Assembly: GCA_976551045.1 (NCBI GenBank)
Contig: CDPCPM010000479.1
Location: 868,001-932,000, forward strand
Source: Glaucostegus cemiculus
Taxonomy: Eukaryota
Direction: 5' to 3'
Length of the DNA: 64,000 bases
How positions within the stretch are numbered: position 1 is the stretch's first letter; each line of letters starts with the position of its first letter. A program made the translations under genes and the position numbers. The notes below the pieces were generated by a model that saw nothing but the letters and a program-made list of their open reading frames with translations, was not told the origin of the DNA and ran no database searches. Below are positions 12,301-24,990 of this stretch, in pieces.

Positions 12301-15164
12301 GTGGGCCAGCAGCTCATAAGTTGGGAGGGTGGGGAACAGGCTCTGCATCCATCTCTAGGGTATATTAATCATACTGCTGAGTAGGGAAATTGAATTAGAT
12401 TTTAAATTTATCCTTTTCAGGAAAAAAAATCTGAAGCAAGTTATTCCTTGTTTTTAATCTGCTGTTGATCAAACTTGAACACTCATTCTTTGAGCCCAAA
12501 GTGACATTAGTTGACAAAGGCAAAAAACAAGCTGCACTAACTGTCAAGTGTGTTCACTGGTTTCCCTCTAGACTACTAAAGAGCATTATTCAGTTTGCAT
12601 AAAGATTTATGTGCTGTTAAATTATGTGCCTCTCATCTCTCTACCAGAAAGGCATTTTTCCTCTGAATTTAATTAGAAAATCCATTAAAGTAAACAGATG
12701 CAACATCTATATATGTAGATATGTGACTTAATCAAAGAGTATAGGGATCCTTTGGGAAATCAGATGAGGTACAGGATTCACCATGGTCTGATTGGTGTCA
12801 CAGATTCGAGACTAAAATTCTTATTTTGTGTAATGTTGATAATCTTAAGTGTTTTTTTTTCCCTAGAGTCCCCATGTCTCTATTTGTAATATGATAAACA
12901 GGAGTTTTGCAGATGGAATGTTGATCTGGGTTTGGAATTTGGGAACAGCTGCTCTCGTTTTTACAGGCATCACCGATGGTCACTTTGTCAATGAACATCT
13001 GTTCTAAATAAGATTACATGGAGAATTCAATTTTCTTCACTTTATAGAATATCCAACAATGGAACACTGCAGCCAGTTTACCCAGGAACTAAATAAGGAT
13101 GTGATGGGGACACCATCTGTATAGAGGACTGAGATAGAAATGTAGTTAATTGCAATATCATATACACATTCCTTTTGAATGAATTCTTTTCCCAGAACAC
13201 CAGCTCTTCCTGGAAAGACTAAGTAATGAGGAATTTATTGATGTTGCACAACCATATCAAACTTAGCGTGTTTAGTGCAAGCACAGCACATTTTGTTAAT
13301 ATGGTATTAGTTTTTTTTACAAATAAATAGCATCTTTTAATAGCAAAAATTTGCTATTTGTTCATTTTTGGGGATGCAGGCATTTCTGACAAAGCCAAAA
13401 TCTCCATGGAGAAGTTGGTAGTGTGCTAGCTTACTGAACTACCATAATTTTTTCAATGAAGGAACTCCCACAATGCTACTGGATTTCCAGATTGAAACCC
13501 AGCAACAAGGAAGGAATGGCCATTTACTTTCAAGTCAATATTTTGTATGACTTGAAAGGGAATTTGCATGTAATGGTGTTCCCATATTCTGTGGTTCATA
13601 CATTAACAAAGAAGTCAGTTTTTGTTTCAAATTGTTGCTTGGGGCTAATATCAAGTTTAGAAAAGCAGAACACACATTTTAGCATGTTGGTCAAGCTAAA
13701 GAGCCAGTGGCCAGGTTAATTGAAAGAAGCCAATCTCAAGGATATACCCAAACCACATTGCATGGATTGCTATTGCCATTAAAGGCAACCACATGAGATA
13801 TTTTGTGGAATTAAAAAAAAAACGAGTTGAAAAACATATCTGTGCAAAATTAAAAATGGTATTGAATAATTTTCTTAAATTCTCTAAGATGAATATGTCA
13901 TAACATGCGTTGCTTGATATTGGGACCCACAACTAGTAATGGGAAGTGTGAGCTTGTGATTCATTTTTCTCCCACATAACATATCTCAGTGTTAATTCAT
14001 TCAGTTGTGCCCAATAATGGCAGTAGTGGGTGTGTGTGGGTGAGGGGCGGGGTGATCTGGTGCTGTTACTGATTTTTGTCCAGTATTAAGAAACTAGTAC
14101 TAAAAAATTTATATTTTAATTGAGGACATTTGCAGTTTGAAGGTTGAATAACACTGCTTCCTGGTAGCATTTCCTAGTTTTTCTTTGTTGTAGATTAATA
14201 AAAAGGCACTTCATTTAATGAGTTTAATCCGTATTTAAGCAAGATTTAAACAGAGGCCTGAGAAGTATTAAAAAAACAGCAAGGACCCCAAAGACAAAGA
14301 AAGCAGCCTGGAAAGAACCTCCAGCAAAGTACAGCTGAAGTCATTGGAAATAAATACTTCCTAATAATACTAAAATGCTGTAAATGATCAAACAGCATCT
14401 GTAGAAAAAGTGAACTGAAGAATTAAGAAACAGTTGTCCATCTGAAATGTCGACTGGCACCTGTTTCTCCTCCAATGTTGTTGAACCTTTGAGGTATTAC
14501 CTCATGTGATGTACCTTGTCCAAATAATTCCCTGAAGTTCTTGTAATGTGTTGCATACACCTCTTGTTTATTGGCTTGAAGACTTGTATGGCTACTGATT
14601 TGACTTGTAGCCATAAAATAAATTTCTGGCATCAAATAATCATCAGATCTTCATGAAAATAAAGGTGAAATTTGAAGAAATGTTGCCATTATCACCTGAA
14701 TATTGAAAAGGTGGGCTGGAGAAAAGAGGATGTCACTCCCAGCTTAAAAAGAGTTGTTGGAGAATTGATTCAAGACTACCAATATGCTGAGGTGCAATGT
14801 ATGCTATCAACAAAGTAACTTGTCCCAGCTTCCTTGAGAGAACCCTTGAAACTCTTCCATCCCCAAGGACTAGGGTATCTAGAATAGAGAAACACGTACA
14901 AGATTCTCGCATTTGGGCATCATCCCATCTTGAAAGTTTATTGCAGAACCTTGTTCTCTAATTCACTTTCTTCGAGCAATGTGAGTTACCTTCAACTCAC
15001 AGATTGCAGTAGTTAGAGTTCATGTACTACCACCTTGAAGGCACTTACTGGTGGGCAATGAACATTTGCTGGCCATCAATGCCCAAATCTTGTGAATTAA
15101 CACAATCATTGTTGGCTGAGGTTATAGAAAACCTTGATCATGACCAAAGGAAAGAAGCTATAAT

Positions 15165-15655
15165 ACTTAACTACAGGAAGAATGTGGTTGTGCTGAAGAG
15201 AGTGCAGAGGAGATTCAGCAGGATGTTGCCTGGACTGGGGGACTTTAGTTATAGGGAGAGATTGGATAAACTGGACTTGTTTTCCCTGGAGTGAAGGAGG
15301 GTGAAGGGTAGCCTGACAAAGGTATAAAAAATTATAAAATAGTCAAAAACTTTTACCCTTGGTAAGGGAATGAAAAATGAGGGGTTTAAGGTGAGCTGAA
15401 AGAGTTTTAAAGAAGGTCTGAGGCTAAAAGTTTGTTTTTACACAGGGACTGGTTGATACCTGAAGTACACTGCTGGAGATGGTGGAATCGGATACAGTCG
15501 TTATATTTAAGAGACATTTAGATAAGTATTTGGATAGGCAAGGCATAGAAGGATATGGACTTCATGTGGGTAAATGGCATTCGTTTAGATGAGCAGAAAG
15601 GTTGGCATGGACATGATTGGCTTCAGGGCCTCTGTGCTGTACAACTCTGACTCTG
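15165..15655 (+). mobile_element. CR1-type LINE 3' fragment
   Basis: Translates as YRKNVVVLKRVQRRFSRMLPGLGDFSYRERLDKLDLFSLE and ends in a CR1-like tail (agggcctctgtgctgtacaactctg). Confidence 0.85.
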
Positions 15656-15850
15656 ATTTCCTCTCTATACTTGTAACAATAACACTTTTTCTTTGTGGAA
15701 AGTGCTAACTGGGAAACTGATCAGTTATCAAAATGCTGCAACCTTACCACTATTACAGTGTAGCGGAATTTTCATTATCACTGTTAACCAAGACCAGTCG
15801 GTCTTATTGAAGCTTGCTGATTTTGTTTTTCTCCTTCTCCCTATGTTTAG

Positions 15851-16053
15851 TCCTCGCATATATGCAATTTGTGGAAGATTATTCTGAGCCACAGCCTCAC
15901 GTCTTTTATCAGACACCACAGAACGAACATATATATGAGCAGCGAAACAAACGGTTTCAGGAAGTCTATGGATTCAATGACTCCTTCAGCAGTACTGATT
16001 CATCACTAGAGATTTTGCCTCCTCCAGCCCTGCCACCCAAACAAAGACAACTG
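15851..16053 (+). CDS. RAPGEF1: RAPGEF1 coding exon (autoinhibitory region ILAYMQFVEDYSEPQP...PPALPPKQRQL)
   Basis: tttag| acceptor, ctg|gtgagt donor. Resembles human MLAYMQLLEDYSEPQPSMFYQTPQNEHIY...EVYGF...PPPALPPKQRQL. Phase 1 to 0. Confidence 0.97.
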
Positions 16054-17214
16054 GTGAGTTTGACTTTATTTTTGCCAGGAATGCGTAAAAAAAAAACACC
16101 TCGGAAATGTCAAGGTTCAGATACACAGCTTATAAACCTGAGCTTATGGGAAGTGGCAGGATGGAAGTGTGGTGAGTGGAAGGAGAGGAGTGTAACTGGA
16201 AGATTATTACTTCAGTGAACAATAGCTGTTTTCCATTGGAAAAGCTTGGCATAGCTTTAAGAATCCACTCTGGAATGCCCTTATTTTTTGCTTATTTTTA
16301 TGGATATTGGATTGAAAGTTTTTAAGTTTTTACCTTACTTTTAACTGGCAATGTATTTTGGTTATGACAGTTATGTCCTGCATGTTGATTCTTAATTTTT
16401 CATAAAGTGGATTTTATATTTTGCAAATTACTTTGTTAATTCCATGTTCAGACACATTATCATTGAAAATAGAATTGGCTACGAGTTGTAACTTCATTTA
16501 ACTATACAATGGATATTGGTTTTAAAAATGATCTTTACTACTTTAACAATAGTTTTAAGTATAGTTTTAAAATTATTTAGTTTTTTTGTTCATTTCTAGA
16601 AGGACCTTCTAGACCTTTTGGATATTTTGTTTTTCATTAAGGCTCAAGCTTGTACTTGATCACCTATTTTTCTGACCACTGATTTACACTTAGGGTGAAG
16701 GAAATATCGTGTTGCAAAGTAAATATTTCTAGGTAGGAAAAGGAAAGTCTCTCTTTATGAACCAGCTTGATCAGGCAACTAAACATTGGAACTTCTAGAA
16801 TAAAGGTGATTTATAACATTTTAAGATTCTTGTTTAACACTTTGGCTTTCTTCAGTTAATAGGACCTTGTAGTTATTGATGTAAGTACTCTGTAGTTGCC
16901 TTTTTAGCACAGAAAACAAAGTTTAACTCTGGTTTATTAAATTGGTGGTTCAAAGCTTTCAAAATTACAAAATAATGATCAATTCAGCTGTTTCATAGCT
17001 CAATACTGTTAATTTCTGCAGCTCATTTCACCCTTTTAAGGGTACTAATAATGGTGGGCAAGTTGATGCTCGGTAGAGAATTTGCTGTATAGACTGCGGT
17101 GATTTGATATCCATTGAATACTTATTGACAATAAAACAGGGCTTTGAAAAAGAGGGTGCAAAGGAAAGCTTGAATTCATTTAAGCAGCCATTGTCTTGCA
17201 CTTAAACATATTTC

Positions 17215-18340
17215 TATTCACAAAATCACAAGATAATGGAGCAGAAGCAGGCCACTCGGCCCATCGAGTCTGCTCCAAAGGGAAGAGAGGGTGGGGAAAA
17301 AAGGGGGGGAAAAGAGGATGAAAAAGAATGAGAAAAAAAACTATTCTAACTCCAAATTCCCGCCTTATCTCCATATCCCTTGATACCTCGACCAATTAGA
17401 TATCAATCTATTGCCGCCTTGAATATCCCCAATGATCTGGCCTCCACTGCTTTCTGTGGTAAGGAGTTCCACAGGTTCACCACCCTCTGGCTAAAGAAAT
17501 TCCTCCTTATCTCTGTTTTGAACCTGCTTCCTCTAATTCTAAGGTTGTGTCCTCTAGTCCTGGACTGTCCCACCAAGGGAAACAGCTTGACCACATTCAC
17601 TTTGTCCATTCCTTTCAACATCTTGTACGTTTCTATTAGGTCCCCTGTCATTCTTCTGTACTCCAATGAGTACAGTCCAAGTGACGACAGTCGCTCATCA
17701 TATGTAAACTTTTTCATCCCAGGAATCATCCTAGTAAATCTCCTCTGAACCCTCTCCAACATCAGCACATCCTTCCTAAGATATGAGGCCCAAAACTGTA
17801 CACAGTACTCTAAATGAGGCCTCACCAGTGCCCCGTATAGCCTCATCAACACTTCCTTGCTTTTATATACTATACCCCTCGAAATAAATGCCAACATAGC
17901 ATTCGCTTTCCTTACCGCCGATCCAACCTGGTGGTTAGCCTTTAGGTTATCCTGTACGAGCACCCCTAGGTCCCTTTGTACTTCTGTACTTCCAATTTTA
18001 TCTCCTTCTAGATAATAGTCTGCTCATTTATTTCTACTTCCGAAGTGTACAACTGCACATTTTTCCATGTTGAATCTCATCTGCCATTTCCTCACCCATT
18101 CTCCTAGACTATCCAAGTCTCTCTGTAACTTTCCTGTCTCTTCACTACTCTCCACTCCTCCCCCAATCTTAGTGTCATCCACAAACTTAGCCATAAACCC
18201 ATTAACTCCTTCGTCTAAATCATTAATATACAAGGTAAAAAGAAGGAGCCCCAACACCGACCCCTGTGGCACACCACTAGTAACCGGCAGCCAACCAGAA
18301 CAGGAACCTTTTATTCCCACCCTCTGCTTCCTGCCATCCA
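17215..18340 (-). mobile_element. 5'-truncated CR1-type LINE (RT C-terminus and 3' UTR), relatively well preserved
   Basis: ORFs 18024-18320 (VTSGVPQGSVLG..FTLYINDL..KFVDDTK, RT core) and 17403-17963 (LYGALVRPHLEYCVQFW..LERVQRRFTRMIPG..FFSQRVVNLWNSLP) are typical CR1 ORF2. Confidence 0.95.
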
Positions 18341-18734
18341 GTCTTGTTAGGTTGGATTGTTCATTTATGAAGTGCTTTCCTTGTAATTTTTATTTCTGAC
18401 TTAAAGACAAAAGTGTATCAATGTATCTCTTATGATTTGTAAAACAAATCCCAGCCACTTAAACTGTATGAGGACTTGATCTGTGGTCTTTCTTTCTAGA
18501 GGAAGTAACATATGAGCACATACAGCTGTCCCTGTATTCTGTAAATAATGCTGTTGAGCCTCAGGCTCAACATTATGTCCACATTTTATTTTTTGTATGC
18601 GTGGATTTAAATGCATATTTCCTTCCTGATCATTTTTTTTTAACATGCTGGGGCCTTTTTGACTGTTTGCCAGAATCTTTCAGTGTCTCATTCGCCACAA
18701 GTCAAGCAAAATGATGCTCATATCATTTGCAGAT

Positions 18735-18905
18735 ACGATAGGGTCTTTCAGCGGATACAATAGGGTCTTTCAAGAGACTGTTGGATAGGTACATGGAGCA
18801 AAATAAGATAGAGGACTATGGGTAAGCCTAGTAGTTTCTAGTGTAGGGACATGTTCGGCACAGCTTTGTGGGCTGAAGGGCCTGAATTGTGCTGTAGGTG
18901 TTCTA
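18735..18905 (+). mobile_element. CR1-type 3' tail fragment with a short 5' duplication
   Basis: gggctgaagggcctgaattgtgctgtag tail; atagggtctttca occurs twice at its start. Confidence 0.7.
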
Positions 18906-20319
18906 TGTCATTTGGTACAGCTTGTTAAATCTGCATGTTCCTTTTTTTGGGGTATTAGGATAAAACATTGGACTAATTGAAGTTAAAACTAAAGTGGTGT
19001 GTTTTGATGCTGTCAGAGCAATATTGTTATGTGCATTCAGAGTTATGCCAGTATTATTGGTTTTGTAAATTTGATACAGGAATCAGTTCAGACTTGATCT
19101 CGCAAACTATATCCATAATGCATTGTACAATTGCAGTAATCAAGATTGGCAAAGACAGCTTGTAGGCTGAATTCTCCCTTGTGTAAAAGCATGTTGTAAT
19201 TAATCATTGAGTTGTATTGGTAGATTGGTAGTTATGCTATTTTACTGGATAATGACATGGCAAAAAGGATTCCTTTTAGATTGTGTGTAAAGTACAAAGT
19301 TTTTCTAACCCGAATAAGCGTTATTTGAAGTATAAATCAGATTCTTTGGTAATCTTTGTATTGAGTTTCCTTTGCACCTTCAAAGATTAACATTATTGAT
19401 TTGTAGAAGTATTTTTGACATTCTGAAATTGTAATTTGAAAACTTGATATTTAGTTACTGCTTAGAGTAATCCTTTACCAAACTTGATGTTTCCTCATTT
19501 ACTTTCCAAGGTCTTGTTTCCTTCAACTCTTAATTGCATTTTAATGCTACTTATTTAATGTACTGGGAATCAAACCACTTTCTATAAATTTGGAAATTGA
19601 ATTCTTGGGTTTCTACAGAAAACTTTAAAATTGATTTTTGCATTTAATTATGGTGCTGTATTTCACCTTTTTGAATAAAATGGTGCATATTTGCATTAAC
19701 AATATCCTTTTTTCAGAATACAAAGTCTAGCTTTCCTATGGTTGTACAGAAAACAGTATTGTGCATGACCACATCAAGTACAAACATTTAAAAAGCTTGA
19801 TTCTACCACAGCAGGGACCCCGTTCTAAAATAATACAGGTTCTAAAATCTTTTAAGGTGTGCAGCCAAAATCACTGACCCTAGCAAGTTTACAATACAGT
19901 TGATAAAGTCAAGTGAAAGATTAGTTTGCTAGTTTTGGAGACCATCCAGATTGGAGCAAAGAGGCATGATTCTAGCTAAACACCTGATTTTGTTTTCCCG
20001 GGGAAGGCAACCTTTTGAATACTGACATTTTGTGATTTCCACTTTAAACAGATGTTATGTAAAACGTTTTGGAAATTTGGTTTTTCATTATATTCAGTCA
20101 AGCCAGTGTTTGATTATTAACGAGAAATCAATGCACCATCCAAATTGATTATTGTAAATCTTTCAACTTCTGAAATGAAGTGCACATCTTAAGTTGTTAA
20201 GAGCTAAAGGTCTATGGATCTTCAAAAAATGCATAATTAGAAATCATTACTGTTAGACTTTAACCACCTTACTGGCACAAATCGCACTGGTAAGCTTTAA
20301 GTTACTTTTTCAGGCAGGA

Positions 20320-20710
20320 ATGTAGAACAGTACAGCACAGGAATAGGCCTTTTGGCCCATGATGTCTGTGCTGACCCTAATACCGAATGAAACTAATCCC
20401 ATCTGCCTGCACACGATCCATGTACTTCTATTCCCTTTGTATTCAAGTGTTTGTCTAAATGCCTCTTAAATGCCACTATCCTGTCTGCTCTCACCAGCCC
20501 TGGCAGCATGTTCAAAGAACTTACCACCCTGTGTGTTTTTAAAAAAAAATCTTGCATATCTCCCTTAAACATTCCTGCTCTTACCTTAGAGCTACTGTAT
20601 GCCCTCTAGTATTTGTCATTTCACCTCTGGGAAAGAGACTCTGAGCATCTACCCTACCTATGCTTCTCATTAATTTATAAACTTTATCAGGTTTCCCCTC
20701 ACCCTCACCA
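20320..20710 (-). mobile_element. CR1-type LINE 3' fragment
   Basis: acagtacagcacaggaataggccttttggccc tail; ctaccctacctatgcttctcattaatttata motif shared with other copies. Confidence 0.8.
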
Positions 20711-20864
20711 TCATTTGAACATTGCCATTTCTTTGCCTCTGTAGAAAGAATCCTAGACCCAATAGTACGTAGATGCTCAAGGTTCCTGAAAAAAGAACAA
20801 GAAGTGGTTATTCAGTTATCTGAAATTATTGTAGACACATCTGGTTAGAGTTCAGTTATGTAGA

Positions 20865-21130
20865 AGCTGTTCTTCTTGGAGAAGAGGACATTAAGGGGAG
20901 GTTTATTAGAGTTCAAAGTTCTGAGGGATTTGGATACAGTAATGGCAGAGAAATTCTGATGGTAACCTGAGGATATGGATTTCAGACAGCTGGTAAAAGA
21001 ATTAGACGGGAAAAATTTTCTTCTAAAGTAATCTAGGACTCGTTGCCTGAAAGGGAAGTGATAACAAATGTAGTAATAACCTCCAAAAGGAATTGGATAT
21101 AAAGTTTTAACAGAGCATTAGGGAGGGGGA
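20865..21130 (+). mobile_element. Decayed CR1-type fragment
   Basis: ctgttctcttcttggagaagagg..aaggggaggtttattagag resembles the LFSLE.RRLRGDLIE coding segment. Confidence 0.55.
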
Positions 21131-22029
21131 AGAGTATTAAGGCTACTTGCATCTAAGCTACCACAGTTACCATATACCAAACAGAAGACATGCTACTGGC
21201 TCTGGGATTCTTTTCTACTGCTGAATAGTCAATACCTGTAAGCTTTTGATTCTTATTGTGATAGAGTCGACTAACTTGAAATGATTGGAAAGATTTTGCT
21301 GAAATCTTCTATCAGTTTAAAGGCATTAAAGAGATCTAGCCAGCAGTACAGAGGAGCAGTGAGTCAACTGGGGACAACTTTCTTTCAAATCAAGGTGACG
21401 TGCAAAGCAAACCTTGGCTGGGTACTGAAATTTCTGTATCACTGGTGCTGTTTTACAGTCATTTTATATTTTGTTTGGAATCCATTGGTGTCATTTTGAA
21501 TGTTGAAGTGCCATCTCCAAATTCTGTTTGGATGAAGCATTGAGTTCCTGATCTCAAGAACTATCTGGACATGGTTCCTATCCAGATATATTGGATATCT
21601 AGTATATTGAACAGTTTTAATAGAAATTGGGAGCTTAAATAGTTTAAAATTTGGCACTGGCTTGTTCAAGTGGATGATTAAAAGAAATAACCATACCATT
21701 TTAACAAAACATGTTTTCTAAGTGAAATTTGCAAGGTGGAAAAGTTTGCTATGATGAAGAAACAATACATAAACATTTTTTCAACAGAGAATCTCCTTGA
21801 AGGAAGGGGGGAGGATGGTTGTGGGAGGGAAATGTAAAAATATCAGTGATAAAACATGGAATCCTGAAGCCAAAGAGCTACAGACCACCAAATGCGACAT
21901 TCAGTAGAATTATTGCAGATAAGAAAAACGAAATATCTTAATCTGTATAATTGTGTGACGATTTCAGCTGCTATAATTTATTACGTAATAATATCCTCCA
22001 AATTGTAGTTTGTTCCCTTTGCTATTGAC

Positions 22030-22275
22030 TGTTTCTATCTCTGTCTTTCTCGTTTCGACCTCTCTTTCTCTCTCCTCCTCTTTTTTCTCTCTTTCTTTCC
22101 CCTCCTTGTTTTTCTCTCTTTTTCCCTCCCCTCCTCATTTCTCTCTGCTCCTCGTTTCTTTTCTACCTTCCTTCCATGCAGGCATCCTATGCTGCTGCAC
22201 CATCTTCTTCCTATTCTTCATCCTCCTTCTCATTCTCCTCCTCGTTCTCTTTCTCCTCCTCCTCTTTCTATCTTC
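22030..22275 (+). repeat. About 245-nt CT-rich polypyrimidine low-complexity tract overlapping cassette exon A
   Basis: Directly visible and nearly purine-free apart from a short stretch around the 22181 acceptor. Confidence 0.9.
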
Positions 22276-22385
22276 AGCAGTCGAAGGTCCTTGTCCTGCC
22301 TGAGGACGCCAATACTGCTACCAGTATCAGCATGTCCGTCTCCAATTCCTTCCTGAGTCGTCACAACTCCTTATCTTCATCTTCG
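22182..22385 (+). CDS. RAPGEF1: RAPGEF1 Ser-rich cassette exon A (ASYAAAPSSS...QQSKVLVLPED...SVSNSFLSRHNSL)
   Basis: Long pyrimidine tract then atgcag|, donor tcg|gtgagt. 204 nt, phase 0-0. Resembles the insert of long vertebrate C3G isoforms (QQTKVAFTPED..SVSNSFLSRHGSL, recalled). Internal alternative acceptors at 22277/22280. Confidence 0.85.
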
Positions 22386-24114
22386 GTGAGTGTGCTGACT
22401 AAAGCTTGTGCCTTATGATCTGCTCTGTGTGTGTGTGTGTTCTTCAGCTGCCTTGGCTAATCAAGACAGAAGTGCCAGACTTGGTTGTAATAGTTGGGCC
22501 TTTCAAAAAAAAAAAGCACTCTGCATTGATTTGCGATCTTGTTGCTTTTTAATTTGGAATGATCAAGAATTTAATTTGCATTTCCTAAATTGTGTATGGC
22601 TAATTAAAACTGTTGTGGGCAAGCTGTAGAGGATGAGGAGTCTTGCACCAGATTACTATCCAAAGTTGTCATTACATTGAACAGTCTTATAGAAAACATG
22701 CATTCGTTATTTAGGATGCAGCCTTTTAAAAGCTGCAGAGTTCTCAGCATTTTTTTGTGCAAGAAATGCCATGTGACCAAAGTGACCAAACAAAGGTTCC
22801 GATAATAACTGCTAGTTGTACATTCTAAACATGAGCTGCATGTTTTGTATGAAATAAGTTTACATTCCAAGAAAGACTTTAATACATAATGTCATGATTT
22901 TGTTGGAGCTGTGGTACCTGGAAGAGGAATGAGATTTTCCTTCTTTGAAGTGTTTTCTTATCAAATATTGATTCATGAAAGCTTTACCATCCATTTTCAG
23001 GACTAGATAATACAATAAGAATCTGCGTCTTTTGAATGGTTTGTTCACCTTTTGTTGTTTACAGAATTTTTTAACAGACTAATAATTTGTAGTTTCATAT
23101 TTTGGTGTAGGTATGTGAAAATATGGAAGTTGCACCATCTCTGCATTTTTCTGCTGGATGTGCTTTACCATATCATTTCTTATGAAATTAATTTGTAGTT
23201 TACTATTGTTGAACTAAAACCTTTTTGCATCAAATTTCTCTAATTTGTGACGTACGTATAAACTCAGGGGTGGGTGGGGTAAATGACAGTGAAAATCTAT
23301 TATTTTTGAGAGGCTAATTACTGCCTTTGCAGGCTGCGGTATTTGTGGATCAGTTCCAAAACATGACTCATAGCCTTTTTCTGTAATGTGTGTTTATATA
23401 TTAAAGAAACACAAATTTCATTCATGGATTTCTGCAGTTCTTTATGAAAATTTCCAAGGCATTCCTTCGTATTTGTCCTGCAATGTTTGTTTACCACTGC
23501 CTGTCAATTCAACTGATTAATCTCTTGAGGGTTCTTTTCAATCACCCAGCTGATGGGTTTGACTACCTGGTATCTTTACTTGATCCATCACTTTGTATTT
23601 TCACATTATTGATGAAAGTTTTTATTATGTGCGAACAAATAATTGTACATAATTATTTATGTACAATTATTTAGTATACATGTCTACCAAATGTTTCATC
23701 TTCAAATTTCTTAGGGTGTTAAAGTGCTATGAATATAAAGCTATTCCAGGTGAAATTGGTGAAGTGCAAGTTGAAATAGATCTTTGTGATTCTGTTTAAG
23801 GAAAAAGTATATATATTTTTAAAACTAAGCCAGTCATTGCAGAGGCCTGTGTTGGAACAGAACTGTTCTACTGTTTATGGTAAGAAATTGATACAACAGA
23901 ATGGATCAAGATTCTGATTGCATTCTAAATATACCATAATAACTACGTTATTTCAAATCCTTTGCAAAGAACATAATGTAAATAATTAAATAAAACATCA
24001 CTTAAAGTTTTTTTATATAAAGAAGCCATTGGCAAACTGGAGAAACTCTGATGTTAATAATATCAATACCAATGTTGATAAAGCATCTGAAGAAATTCTG
24101 CTAGCATATCAGTG

Positions 24115-24990
24115 TATGAATTCGGAGCAGGAATAGTCCAAAATGTGTCTCAAACCTATTCTACCATTTAATGATATCATAGCTGCTCTTAATGTAGCCT
24201 CCTCTGGATTTCTGTCTAGACACGTTAACCTTCTATCTCCTTGCTTATCAAAAAGTTAACTATTCATTAATAATTTTAAGAAGTTGCTTACACCACCCCT
24301 GGAGAAAGACTGTTCCAAATACTTAACTGTTGAGAGAAGTCATTTTGGCTCATCATCTTAAATGGCCAACCCCTTATTTTTAAACAATGACCACTACTTT
24401 TGGATTTTCCCACAAGAGGAAACATCCTCTCCATGTCCATCCTTTGAAGACCACACAGAATCATCTTTGTTTCCGTCAAGTCCCTTCCTGGCTTCCCAAC
24501 TCCAGTGGATACAAGCCGAACTGCTCCAATCTTTCCTCAGGAGACAACCTGCCCATTCCAATATTAATCCAATAAAATTCTCTGAATTGCTTCAAGAGTT
24601 TTAATATCCTTCCTTAAGCATGGAAACCAATATTGTACATATTCTTCAGGTGTAGAAGGTCTCACGAATGCCCTATATAACTGAAGCATAATCTCCCTAC
24701 TTCTATATTCTGTTCCCCTCATGATGTGATAACATCCTGTACGATTATACTAGCCTATTGTGAATTAGGGCGTCCAGATCCCTCTGCATCTTGGACCTCT
24801 GCCAACTCTCACTGTTCAGATAATGTTTCATTTTTCCTGCCAGGATGGACAGTTTTGCAGTTTCCTGCATTATCCTCCATTTGCCAGATTTTTGCCTGCG
24901 CACCTAATATCTCTTTTGTAGCCATCTTTTGTCCTCTTCACAGTTTACTTTCATACGTATCTTTGTGTCATTGGTAAATGTAGCAATCAG
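24115..24990 (-). mobile_element. Decayed CR1-type LINE 3' portion
   Basis: Minus-strand ORF 24288-24479 (MERMFPLVGKSKSSGHCLKIRG..IWNSL) is CR1 ORF2-like. Confidence 0.8.

Noticed and set aside
22010-22303. 97-aa very hydrophobic ORF resembling a membrane protein
   Set aside because: It is a by-product of the CT-rich tract (Leu/Phe/Ser codons) and overlaps the C3G cassette exon in another frame.
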